A stretch of DNA of 64,000 nucleotides from Scyliorhinus canicula (lineage: Eukaryota): positions 108,217,811 through 108,281,810 of the forward strand of contig NC_052162.1 of NCBI RefSeq assembly GCF_902713615.1, given 5' to 3'. The notes under the pieces were generated by a model. The model made no database searches. It saw only the letters and a program-made list of their open reading frames with translations, and was not told the origin of the DNA. The position numbers and the translations under genes are program-made. How positions within the stretch are numbered: position 1 is the first letter of the stretch; each line of letters opens with the position of its first letter. Of the stretch, positions 23,963 through 36,039 are shown in pieces.

Positions 23963-24364
23963 GGAGGATGTTTCATGGCTTCAAGGTTATTCCACTAGTT
24001 GATTGAGTAAGCAATTGCATGGTTAATGCAATATTGCAGAGATAAATTTGAAGTTTTCCATTTCGATAGGAAAATGAAAAGGGCAGCTATCAATTTAGTT
24101 TAATAAACTGGCACATGTTGACGCGAACCGTTGCCTAGCTGTCCTTGTACACCAATAACTGAAGGCAAGCATGTCATCCAAAAAGGTGGTAATATGACAC
24201 AGTGGGTGTTGGGTTCCATTGGATGATGATTCGGGCACTTGAGCAAGGCGGTCTACGTTCAGCGGGAAAGGACGTTCCTGGGGCCACATTTGAGGTTTTG
24301 CGTGCAGTTTTCGTCTCGTTGCCGAAGAAGTGATGGCTTTGCCATAGAAGAACTGCAGCGAAGG

Positions 24365-27131
24365 TTCAGCAGTTACAGCGCAGTACGGGCCCTTCGGCCC
24401 TCGATGTTGCGCCGACCTGTGAAACCATCTGAAGCCTATCTGACCTACACTATTCCATTTTCATCCATATGTCTATCCAGTGACCACTTAAATGCCCATA
24501 AAGTTGGCGAGTCTACTACTGTTGCAGGCAGGGCGTTCTACATCCCTACTACTCTCTGAGTAAAGAAACTGCCTCTAACATCTGTCCTATATCTACCACC
24601 CCTCAATTTAAAGCTATGTCCCCTTTTGTTGGTCATCACCATCCGAGGAAAAAGACTCTCACTTTCCACCCTATCTAACCCTCTGACTATCTTATATGTC
24701 TCTATTAAGTCACCTCTCAGCCTTCTCCTCTCTAACGAAAACAACTTCAATCCCTGAGCCTTTCCTCGTAAGACCTTCCCTCCATACCAGGCAACATCCT
24801 AGTAAATCTCCTCTGAACCTATTCCAAAGCTTCCACATCCTTCCTATAATGTGGTGACCAGAACTGCACGCAGTACTCCAGGTGCGGCCGCACCAGAGTT
24901 ATATACTGCTGCAGCATGACCTTGTGGCTCCGAAACTCAATCTCCCTGCTGATAAAGGCTAGCACACCATATGCATTCTTAACAGCCCTATTAACCTGGG
25001 TGGCAACTTTCAGGGATTTATGTACCTGGATGCCGAGATCACTCTGTTCATCTACACTACCAAGAATCTTGCCATTAGCCCAGTACTCTGCATTCTTGTT
25101 ACTCCTTCCAAAGTGAACCACCTCACACTTTTCCGCATTAAACTCCATCTGCCACCTCTCAGCCCAGCTCTGCAGCTTATCTATGTCCCTCTGTATCCTA
25201 TAACATCCTTCAGCACTATCCACAACTCCACCGACCTTCGTGTCATCTGCAAATTTACTAACCCATCCTTCTACACCCTCTTCCAGGTCATTTATAAAAA
25301 TGACAAACAGTAGTGGCCCCAAAACAGATCCTTGCGGTACACCACTAGTAACTGAACTCCAGGATGAACATTTGCCATCAACCACCTTTCGTCTTCTTTC
25401 AGCTAGCCAGTTACTGATCCAAACCGCTAAATCACCTTCAATCCCATACTTCCTTATTTTCTGCAATAGCCTACCGTGGGGAACCTTATCAAACGCCTTA
25501 CTGAAATCCATATACACCACATCAACCGCTTTATCCTCATCGACCTGTTTGGTCACCTTCTCAAAAAACTCAATAAGGTTTGTGAGGCATGACCTACCCT
25601 TCACAAAATCGTGTTGACTATTGCTAATCAACTTGTTCTTTTCAAGATGATTATAAACCCTATCTCTTATAACCTTTTCCAGCATTTTACCCACAACCGA
25701 AGTAAGGCTCACAGGTCTATAATTACCAGGGTTGTCCCTACTCCCCTCCTTGAACAAGGGGACAACATTTGCTATCCTCCAGTCTTCCGGCACTATTCCT
25801 GTCGACAAAGACGACATAAAGATCAAGGACAAAGGCTCTGCAATCTCCTCCCTGGCTTCCCAGAGAATCCTAGGATAAATCCCATCTGGCCCAGGGGACT
25901 TATCTATTTTGACATTTTCCAAAATTGCTAACACCTCCTCCATTTGAACCCCAATTCCATCTAGCCTGTTCGACTGAACCTGAGTATTCTCCTCGACAAC
26001 ATTGTCTTTCTCCAGTGTAAACACTTACGAAAAATATCCATTTAACGCCTCCCCTATCTCCTCTGATTCCACACACAACTTTCCACTACTATCCTTGATT
26101 GGCCCTAATCTTACTCTAGTCATTCTTTTGTTCTTGATATACCTGTTGAAAGCCTTGGGGTTTGCCTTGATCCTATCCGCCAACGACTTTTCACGTCCTC
26201 TCCTCGCTCTTCTTAACTCTCCCTTTAGGTCCTTCCTGGCTAACTTGTAACTCTCAAGTGCCCTAACTGAGCCTTCATGTCTCATCCTAACATAAGCCTT
26301 CTTCTTCCTCTTGACAAGTGCTTCAACTTCATTAGTAAACCACGGTTCCCTTGCTCGACAACTTCCTCCCTGCCTGACAGGTACATACTTATCAAGGACA
26401 TGCAGTAGCTGTTCCTTGAAAAAGCTCCACATTTCGATTGTACCCATCCCCTGCAGTTTCCTTACCCATCCTATACATCCTAAATCTTGCCGAATAGCAT
26501 CATAATTGCCTTTCCCCCAGCTATAATTCTTGCCTTGCGGTATATACCTATCCCTGCCCATTGCTAAAGTAAACATAACCGAGTTGTGATCACTATCACC
26601 AAAGTGCTCACCTACATCTAAATCTAACACCTGGCCGGGTTCATTACCCAGCACCAAATCCAATGTGGCCTCGCCCCTTGTTGGTCTGTCTACATCAGGG
26701 GTGGGCAAACTTTTCCGTGCAAGGGCCACATTCAGAAATTCACAATTTTAAAGGGCCGCATAGTATATTAAGTAAAATAATTACTTCACCCGGTTATGAT
26801 TCTGGGCGTCTCATATAGAATATCGAACATAGAACAGTACAGCACAGAACAGGCCCTTCGGCCCTCGATGTTGTGCCGAGCAATGATCACGCTACTCAAG
26901 TCAACGTATCCACCCTATACCAGTAAGTAATCCAATAGCCCCTCTCCCCCATTAACCTTAAAAAAAAATTATTTAAAAAAAAAAGTTAAAAAAAATTTTT
27001 TTTAATGACTTGGTGGTCCACATAAAGACCTTTGGCGGGCCGCATGCGGCCCGCGGGCCGTAGTTTGCCCACCCCTGGTCTACATACTGTGTTAGAAAAC
27101 CCTCCTGCACACACTGTACAAAAACTGACCC
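24365..27131 (-). mobile_element. Young CR1 LINE (EN C-terminus, RT, 3'UTR)
   Basis: 234-aa and 401-aa ORFs separated by a single stop at 26025-26027; KFADDTK intact; 3' stem-loop tail at ~24365-24420; interrupted by a hAT MITE. Confidence 0.95.
26696..27077. mobile_element. hAT-superfamily (Charlie-like) MITE
   Basis: 16-bp perfect TIRs CAGGGGTGGGCAAACT; 8-bp TSD GTCTACAT at 26688-26695 and 27078-27085; contains a SINE 3' fragment (~26816-26960). Confidence 0.92.
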
Positions 27132-27132
27132 A

Positions 27133-30050
27133 TCTTTGTTGGGTGTTTTCTGTAAGCCCCCCAGTAGCAGCAGAGATGTGAAGGGACAGATTAGGAAACA
27201 TATTCTGGAAAGGTGCAGAAGTCACAGGGTAGTATTCATGGGTGACTTCCACTTCCCAAATATTGAGTGGAAACTCTTTAGATCAAATAGTTTGGATGGG
27301 GTGGTGTTTGTGCAGTGTGTCCAGGAAGATTTTCTAACACAGTATGTAGATTGTCCAACCAGAGGGGAGGCCATATTGGATTTTGTACTTAGTAATGAAA
27401 CAAGGCAAGTGATAGATTTGTTAGTGGGGGAGCATTTTGGAGGTAGTGACCTCAATTCTGTGACTTTCACTTCAGTAATGGAGAGGGATAGATGCGTGCA
27501 ACAGGGCAAGGTTTACAATTGCGGGAAGGGTAAATACGATGCTGTCAGACAAGAATTGAAGTGCATAAATTGGGAACATAGGCTGTAAGGGAAGGACAAA
27601 AGTGAAACGTGGAACTTGTTCAAGGAACAGGTACTACGTGTCTTTGACATGTGTGTCACTGTCCGGCAGGGAAGAGATGGTCAGGTGAGGGAACCATGGT
27701 TAACAAGAGAGGTTGAATGTCTTGTTAAGAGGAAGAAGGAGACTTATGTAAGGCTGAGGAAACAATGTTCAGACAGGGCGCTGGAGGGATAAAAGATAGC
27801 CAGGAGGGAATTGAAGAAAGGAATTAGGAGAGCTAAGAGAGGGCATGAAAAATATGTGGCGGGTAGGATCAAGGAAAACCCCAATGCCTTTTACACATAT
27901 GTGAGGAATATGAGAATATGAGAATGACTAGAGCGATCAAGGGCAATAGCGGGAGATTGTATATTGAGTCTGAAGAGAGAGGAGAGGTCTTGAACTAGTA
28001 CCTTTCTTCAGTATTTACAAACTAGAGGGGACATTTTGTTGGAGAGGACAGTGTGCAACAGACTGATTAGCTCGAGGAGACAATTGTTGGGAAGGAAGAT
28101 GTGTTGGGCATTTTTGAAAAACTCGAGGATAGACATATCCTCCGCGCCTAACGGGATATATCCAAGGATTCTATGGGAAGCAAGAAATGAAATTGCAGAG
28201 CCGTTGGCAATGATCTTTCCGTCCTCAATGTCAACAGGGGTGGTACCAGGGGATTGGAGAGTGGCGAATGTCGTGCCCCTGTTCAAAAAAGTGAATAGGG
28301 ATAATCCTTGGAATTACAGGCCAGTTAGTCTTACTTCGGTGGTAGGCCATGTAATGGAAAGGGTACTGAGGGTTAGGATTTATGAGCATCTGGAAAGACA
28401 CTGCTTGATTACGAATAGTCAGCATTGATTTGCGAGGGGTAGGTCTTGCCTTCCAAGTCTTATTGAATTCTTTGAGGAGGAGACCAAGCATGTGGATGAA
28501 GGTAAAGCAGTGGGTGTAGTGTACATGGATTTTAGTAAGGCATTTGGTAATGTTCCCCATGGTAGGTTTATGCAGAAAGTAAGGAGGCATGGGATAGTGG
28601 GAAATTTGGCCAGTTGGATAACGAACTGGCTAACCAATAGAAGTCAGAGAGTGGTGGTGGTTGGCTAATATTCAGCCTGGAGCCCAGTTACCAGTGGAAT
28701 ACCGCAGGGATCAGTTCTGCATCCTCTGCTGTTTCTGCTTTTCATTAATGACTTGGATGAGGGAGTTGAAGGGTCTGTCAGTAAATTTGCAGATGATACG
28801 ACGATTTGTGGAGTTGTGTATACAGAGGAGGGCTGTTGTCGGCTTCAAAGAGACATAGATAGGTGCAGAGATGGGCTGAGAAGCGGCAGATGGAGTTTAA
28901 CCCTGGCACGTGTGAGGTTGTCCATTTTGGAAGGACAAATATGAATGCGGAATACAGGGTAATGGTAGGGTTCTTGGCCATGTGGAGGAGAAGAGAGATC
29001 TTGGGGTCTATGTTCATACATCTTTGAAAGTTGCCACTCAAGTGGATAGAGCTGTGAAGAAGGCCTATGGTGTGCTCGCGTTCATTAGCAGAGGGATTGA
29101 ATTTAGGAGCCATGAGGTGCTGATGCAGCTGGACAAAACCTTTGTAAGGCCACATTTGGAGTACTGTATGCAGTTCTGGTCACCTCATTTTAGGAAGGAT
29201 GCGGAAGCTTTGGAAAAGGTGCAAAGGAGATTTGACAGGATGTTGCCTGGAATGAAGAGTAGGTCTTACGAGGAAAGGTTGAGGGTGCTAGGCCTTTTCT
29301 CATTACAATGGAGAAGGATGAGGGGCGACTTGATAGAAGTTTATAAGATGATCATGGGAAAAGATAGAGTAGACAGTCAGAGACTTTTTCCCCGGGTGGA
29401 ACAAACCATTACAAGTGGACATAAATTTAAGGTGAATGGTGAAAGATATAGGGGGATGTCAGAGGTAGGTTCTTTACATAGAGAGTAGTGGGGGCATGTA
29501 ATGCACTGCCTGTAGAAGTAGTTGAGTCTGAAAAACTAGTGACCTTCAAACGGCTATTGAATAGGTACATGGATTATGGTAGAATAATGGAGTGTAGATT
29601 AATGTATTCTTAAGGGCAGCACGGTAGCATTGTGGATAGCACAATTACTTCATAGCTCCAGGGTCCGTGGTTCGATTCCGGCTTGGGTCACTATCTGTGT
29701 GGAGTCTGCACATCCTCCCCGTGTGTGCGTGGGTTTCCTCTGGCTGCTCCGGTTTCCTCCCACAGTCCAAAGATGTGCAGGTTAGGTGGATTGGCCATGA
29801 TAAATTGCCCTTAGTGTCCGAAATTGCCCTTAGTGTTCGGTGGGGTTACTGGGTTATGGGGATAGGGTGGAGATGTTGACGTAGGGTAGGGTGCTGTTTC
29901 CAAGAGCCGGTGCAGACTCGATGGGCCGAATGGCCTCCTTCTGCACTGGAAATTCTCTGATCATCTATGGTTAATCTAGGTCAAAGGTTCGGCACAACTT
30001 CGTGGGCCCCAGGTCCTGTTCAGTGCTATATTTGTCTATGTTCTATGTTT
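27133..30050 (+). mobile_element. CR1 LINE (EN to 3'UTR), head-to-head with the preceding CR1
   Basis: MGDFHFPNIEW, YVDCPTRGEAILD, NYRPVSLTS, VRPHLEYC; multiple stops; 3'UTR split by the SINE at 29614. Confidence 0.92.
29614..29965 (+). mobile_element. HE1-like V-SINE inserted in CR1 3'UTR
   Basis: Full head, V-domain and tail; the CR1 UTR resumes at TTAATCTAGGTCAAAGGTTCGGCACAAC. Confidence 0.88.
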
Positions 30051-30714
30051 AAGTTCAGGATTTTTGCAATTCATCGTGGTATATGATTTATGGCGCTGAT
30101 GTATGGGTTCTGTAAACTTAATGATGTCTGCGAAATTAATTTGAAACAAAATGCTTTCCAAAATACGTACAATATTTAAGTTAAAGGTATTTATTTAAAC
30201 GAAGATGAAAAGTAGCTTGAAGCATTTTTAAAAATTAGATTCTACGCCTTTGGTACACAGAGTTTAAACGTACTGACGAAGTACTAATGAAACCAGCAAC
30301 ATTCAAAGCAAATATTGGTGTGAAGTATATTAATTACAGCATTTTGCGTGTAAACATTGAGGAACCGAGCGAAAGTTGTTATTGTTTCTCTCACTTCGTT
30401 TTTCTTAGCCATTGCAAATACAATATTTTCATTCAATAATCTGAATATCAGGCAGGCAGTGGCGTTAACATTGACAGGATATTTTCGTTGGACGAATTTC
30501 CCTTCCCGACATTAGAACAGTCGGTGGAGCGTGCACCGCGGCAATACTGCCTTCATCGCAGCGATGTGATGCTCCATCGAACGTTAAATGTTCGGAGAAC
30601 CGATTTTGCACCACATCGGTCCCATGCTAACTATTAGTTCGGAGAGAGTCCAACTCTGACAGCTGCCGGCCAATCCTCTAGTCTCTAGTTGCCGCAGTGG
30701 CACAAACTGCTGGA

Positions 30715-30905
30715 ACTGAGGGACTGATTTAGCACACTGGGCTAAATCGCTGGCTTTTAAAGCAGACCAAACAGGCCAGCAGCACGGTTCGATTCCCGTA
30801 TCAGTCTCCCCGGACAGGCGCCGGAATGTGGCGACTATGGGCTTTTCACAGTAACTTCATTTGAAGCCTACTCGTGACAATAAGCGATTTTCATTTTCAT
30901 TTTTC
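30715..30905 (+). mobile_element. Short tRNA-derived SINE, third family
   Basis: Near-identical to 22641-22822. Confidence 0.85.
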
Positions 30906-32430
30906 AACTGCATTTAATCTGGGTCATTCGGTCAAGATAAAGTAAGGGATTGGTCCAGAGACGGGGGTGGGGGGCGTCGATGCCCCCTCCCCTCTCCCAG
31001 GAATCAGACCTTATGCGAGGGTTCCCGATGTATAAACCACTCACCTCCCGCTCGAATTCTGAATACAATTCATGTTCAAGCGTCCCTCCTGCCTCTCAAC
31101 TATTTCGGTCACCCTGAAGATTGAAGTTGGTCAGAAAACGGGCCTTGAGTGGCTAACAATGGATCACGTCAATGCGATCATTTATTTTTAAGCTCGCCTC
31201 TGGAAGTAAAAAAAAAAATGACGAGACCAGTGGGGTAGGAAGATGGTGGAATGGTGATACAAGAGTTTTAATTAATATTCCGAACTTCCGCGCCAACATA
31301 GTAGACAAGAACTGCGGAAAGAATAAGGGAGTGGCAATATTCAGAACAAGGAATAACGAGTACGAAATCAATTAATGCCATCATTTGTTTCCCACAGGTT
31401 GGGGAATAGGGAGCAAGTTACTGTTCTTTATATCAATTAATGTATAAAATAATCACTGCAAATACAGTCTTGTCAGAAAAAGCCATTCATGAGTCCAGAA
31501 ACACGGCAGAAGAAAAGCTTAAAATGCCCATCAAACAGACGGTAAATTAATAACAGAGATGTCACAAGAGATATCTGGAATAAAATTCTATCTAAATCCA
31601 AACAAATTCGTTTCTCGCACATTATTTCATTCATTTTACATTGTAATTATGAAAGGCACGAATTCTAATTACAATTTGCATAGTCGAGCAAATGCATAAT
31701 TTAGTAATGAGTAGTGACTGTGCACGTTACTTGATGTAGGCTTTTCAGTGTTTTGTGCTTCTTGGGAGATAGTCATTGGATCATTTTTATCTTTCGTCAG
31801 CCAAATGCCTGACAGAAAAGCAGTTGGAGGCCGTGAGATCTCACAACAACAAACGTCCCGGGAATTTTCAAACATCCGTTGCAAAGGAGAGCCAGTTTTG
31901 TAAACATGTGCTGGATGGAACTGATGTTAACGGGATTTCACAGCTCCAGTTTTCACTGGGTTTCCGCAAATTTATCAGGCCGAGATAGTTGTGCAATATA
32001 CATGACGTTTAGTTCCCATTATATTTGAGTGGGAGGATACCTCGCTATAATTCTCTGGTGCTGCCTGTAAAGATATGCAGCATGTACTCGTGAACATTTC
32101 CTTCCTTCTGCATCCCTAATCAAATGCTTGCTAACATTGGGCTTCAAACGTTTCATGATTCTACAGAGACTTCCTAGTCGTGGAAATTTTCACTAACAGA
32201 ATATGGTTATAAATTTAAATAGCGACTGGAGGAATATTTATCCTTCGGCGGGTTTCGGTGAGAAAATATAGTAACACTAAAATTTCACAATATATAAACG
32301 CGCCATTTTATCCATACGTAATCCCTGGAACCTCTGTGCAGTTAACGAACCTATGATTACCGGGAAATCAACACCCATGGCTTTGGATATACACAACTAT
32401 ATGAAGATAACTTTCCCCAGTTTTTCTTCT

Positions 32431-32757
32431 CATAGAACATAGAACATACACTGCAGAAAGAGGCCATTCGGCCCATCGAGTCTGCACCAACCCACTTAAG
32501 CCCTCACGTCCACCCTATCCACGTGACCCAATCACCCCTCGTAACCTGTTGGTCACTAAGGGCAATTTATCATGGCCAATCCAACTAACATGCTTGTCTT
32601 TGGACTGTGGGAGGAAACAGGAGCACCCGGAGGAAACCCACGCAGACACGGGGTGAACGTGCAGACTCAGCACAGACAGTGACCCAGCGGGGAATCGAAC
32701 CTGGGACACTGGCGCTCTGAGGCCACAGTGCTATCCACTTGTACTACCGTGCTGCCC
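32431..32757 (-). mobile_element. HE1-like V-SINE
   Basis: Full-length copy with (TGTTCTA)n tail. Confidence 0.88.
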
Positions 32758-33156
32758 TAGACATCGTGATCACACATTAAACAATTATCGACAGTTTAAC
32801 AGCTCCTGATATTGTACGATGGCGACATGTAATGATTTTCCTTGATTTATTTCAAGTGAGGTTACTGGATTATCCCAGGTCACTAATTTATTGTAGTTAA
32901 CTGGAATCACAGTTAAAACTGCCACTACACGAAGAAATAGTTGCGACATCATGCTACATCCTGCAGCCGATGAGCCAGCAGTTCCATGGCTTAGCTGAAA
33001 TTTAATCGGAAAGCAAGTTGAAGTTGTTCCATACAGCAGCAAGCAGCTGTGAGAGAAATAGAGACAGGCAATGCAATCCCATCAGTCATCAGCAGCCGGC
33101 GAGCGTTCACAAACGAGTTTGAAATCGACACTGGAGGTAACCTGGCCTCGCGCCGG

Positions 33157-33165
33157 CTACTCCAC
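33157..33165 (-). CDS. IgNAR: Candidate IgNAR TM2 exon (cytoplasmic tail K|VE*), 3'UTR to AATAAA at 32887-32892
   Basis: Strong acceptor ttttatttctcctgcag|GTG GAG TAG, phase 0 as needed after TM1 (AAG|GT). It is one base from the canonical GTG AAG stop (KVK*). Confidence 0.55.
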   Translation of the reverse strand: ME

Positions 33166-33509
33166 CTGCAGGAGAAATAAAATACATAATCCTTTGTGTA
33201 CAAACTTAAGACACGACATATAAATACACTGAATGCGTAATACAATATAAGATTTAAAAAATTAAATGACGATTGTGATCAAATGTGAGAAACGTCCCAA
33301 ATTTCGTAGTTATCCTCCAGAAATTCGTGACCACAGCACTGCATCCACATAGCCTAACTTAGTTAATTGTTGACTATCGTCATTTACATTACAGAATTAT
33401 ATAATATTCTGGAAAATGTGACGATGTATAAGAATTACCTCTGCACTATTGGGAACTTAATTGTACTCTAACTTTGCCAATTGTACGGTGAACTACTTCA
33501 ATTTATTCC

Positions 33510-34524
33510 TTCACGGGATCCGTGCTCGGACGACTGTTGTTTGTGATCTACATAAATGACCTGGAGGAAGGTATAGGTGGTCTGATTACCAAGTTTGCAG
33601 ATGATACTAAGATTGGTGGAGTTGCAGATAGCGAGGAGGACTGTCAGAGAATACACAAAATAAAGATAGATTAGAGAGTTGGGCAGAGAAATGGCAGATG
33701 GAGTTCAATCCAGGCAAATGCGAGGTGATGCATTTTGGAAGATCAAATTGAAGAGCGGACTATATGGTCAATGGAACGGTCTTGGGGAAAATTGATGTAC
33801 AGAGAGATCTGGGAGTTCAGGTCCATTGTACCCTGAAGGCGGCAACGCAGGTGGATAGAGTGGTCAAGAAGGCACACAGCATGCTTGCCTTCATCGGAAG
33901 GGGTATTGAGTACTCGAGTTGGCAGGTCATGTTACAGTTGTATAGGTTTTTGGTTCGGCCACATTTGGAATACTGCGTGCAGTTCTGGTCGCCACATTAC
34001 CAGAAGGATGTGGATGTGGATGCATTGGAGAGGGTGCAGAGGAGATTCACCAGGATGTTGCCTGGTATGGATGGGGCTAGCTATGAAGAAAGGTTGAGTA
34101 GATTAGGATTGTTTTCGTTGGAAAGACGGAGGTTGAGGGGAGACCTGATTGATGTCTACAAAATTATGAGAGGTATGGACAGAGTGGATAGCAACAAGCT
34201 TTTCCCAAGAGTGGGGGTGTCAGTTACAAGGGGTCATGATTTCAAGGTGAGAGGGGGAAAGTTAAAGGAGATATGCATGGACAGTTTTTTACACAGAGGG
34301 TGTTGGGTGCCTTGTACGCTTTACCAGCGGAGGTGGTAGAGGCGGGCACGATAGCATCATTTAAGATGCATCTGGACAGGTATATGAACGGGCGGGAACA
34401 GAGGAAAGTAGACCTTGGGAAATAGGAGACAGGTTTAGATAAAGGATCTAGATCGGCGCACGCTGGGAGGGCCGAAGGGCCTGTTCTTGTTCTGGAATTT
34501 TCTTTGTTCTTTGTTCTTTGTTCT
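33510..34524 (+). mobile_element. CR1 LINE 3' fragment
   Basis: KFADDTK, VRPHLEYCVQFWSPH; (TTTGTTC)n tail; same subfamily as 17590-19710. Confidence 0.93.
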
Positions 34525-34876
34525 GATGTGGAGATGCCGGCGTTGGACTGGGGTGAGCACAGTAAGAAGTCTTACAACACCAGGTTAAAGTCCAACAGAT
34601 TTGATTCGAACACAAGCTTTCGGTGCGCCGCTCCTTTCTCAGGTGAATGGCGAGGTATGTTCCAGAAACATTTATATAGACAAAGTCAGATATGCTGGAC
34701 AATGCTTGGAATGCAGGCATTTCCAGGTAATCAAATCATATATCTATATATTTATATCTATATAAATGTTTCTGGAACATACCTCGCCATTTACCTGAGG
34801 AAGGAGCGGCGCTCCGAAAGCTCGTGTTTGAATCAAATCTGTTGGACTTTAACCAGGTGTTGTAAGACTTCTTACT
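34525..34876. mobile_element. Penelope-like-element-derived palindromic insertion
   Basis: 120-bp inverted arms at 34561-34680 and 34757-34876 (6 mismatches by eye), 76-bp loop, flanking direct repeat TTTGTTCTGATG (34517-34528, 34876-34887). PLE identity rests on a remembered shark repeat and the hammerhead motif. Confidence 0.65.
34792..34826 (+). ncRNA. Minimal type-I hammerhead ribozyme motif
   Basis: TAC-CTGAGGA-A-GGAGC-GGC-GCTCC-GAAA-GC-TC-GTG: CUGANGA core, 5-bp stem II, GAAA, palindromic AGCU stem III, UC at the cleavage site, short stem I (UAC/GUG). Confidence 0.6.
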
Positions 34877-36039
34877 TTGTTCTGATGGCATCGCTCGCTG
34901 GACGATTCCTTATTTTCCTACACTTATTGGCCTTGTGACGATGGTGTTACAGGGACATCCACAGTGCTGCTGCGAAGGCAATCACAGCATTTTTCACAGC
35001 GGCAGTGTATAGATGATGCTATAAACCTCAGTTAGGATTATGTGTAACGTGGAGGAAAAGTACAGATGTTCCCATGCATCTGCTACCCTTGTCGTTCAAG
35101 CCGGTGGAGTTCGGAGCTAGGATGGGTCTGTCAAAGCAGCTTTGTTGAGTTGCCGCAGTGCCCCTTGTAAATGGTACACACCGCAGCTCCTGTTGGTCGG
35201 TGGTAGAAGAATTGAAAGATTAAAGTTGCGTATCGTGTCAATAAAGTATGATGGGTAGCTTATAGGTTAAAATTCACATGGTTCGGAATTTATCTTTTCA
35301 ATGTATTTCATCGTATTCTGAGGTTTAAACAATACTTTGATATACACGAGGAATCCAATTTCATGAACAATATACTTTCAAACATAGAGAAATTCCGAGA
35401 AAGGGGAAATGCAGTTGGACGACATATAGAATGATGGTAGTCGAACAATCAGTCGAGTGGAGAGACAAAAACATAAAGTTCAGCATGGTACTGGTCGTGA
35501 GGTGTGATGACAGCGTGAGGATGTAAATTTACAAAATATATTTACAAAACGTAGTCAGGTTTTTAGAAGGACAACAGAACATGAATGGTAGGATGAAATA
35601 TTGTGGAGGAAAAATTGAATTCTATCCTTGCCACTTTGCATAATATCTAGTGTGTGGCTGTGTGCAATTACATCATCTGCTCTGGCGTCGACTTTTGCAT
35701 TTCCAGGGAAGACCAAACCTGTGCGTATTCGAGAGGTAGCATGTGGAGGTGGAGTTTGAGAAAATATTGGGTGGGCGGGGAATGGATGGGAAGAAAGAAT
35801 AGGGACAATATTGTCTTCATTGATGCTTCTCAGCAAATTCATCCTCAGCCATATCCATTGGGTTTCTGTACATATAGTGCATCTGACAAGATATTTCTCA
35901 ACCAGTGATCTGGAGGACTGGAGAGTAAGAGGTTCAAGATTTCCAAAGGCTCAAAATTGATCATGACGGCAAATTATGAAGTTTGGGTTAGAAACTAGAA
36001 GTGAGACTTTGACAGCTAAAATAATTTGGCAACCTAATA

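Noticed and set aside
24819-26729. Long RT ORFs as domesticated host genes
   Set aside because: They are typical 5'-truncated CR1 ORF2 with 3'UTR tails and multiple related copies in the window.
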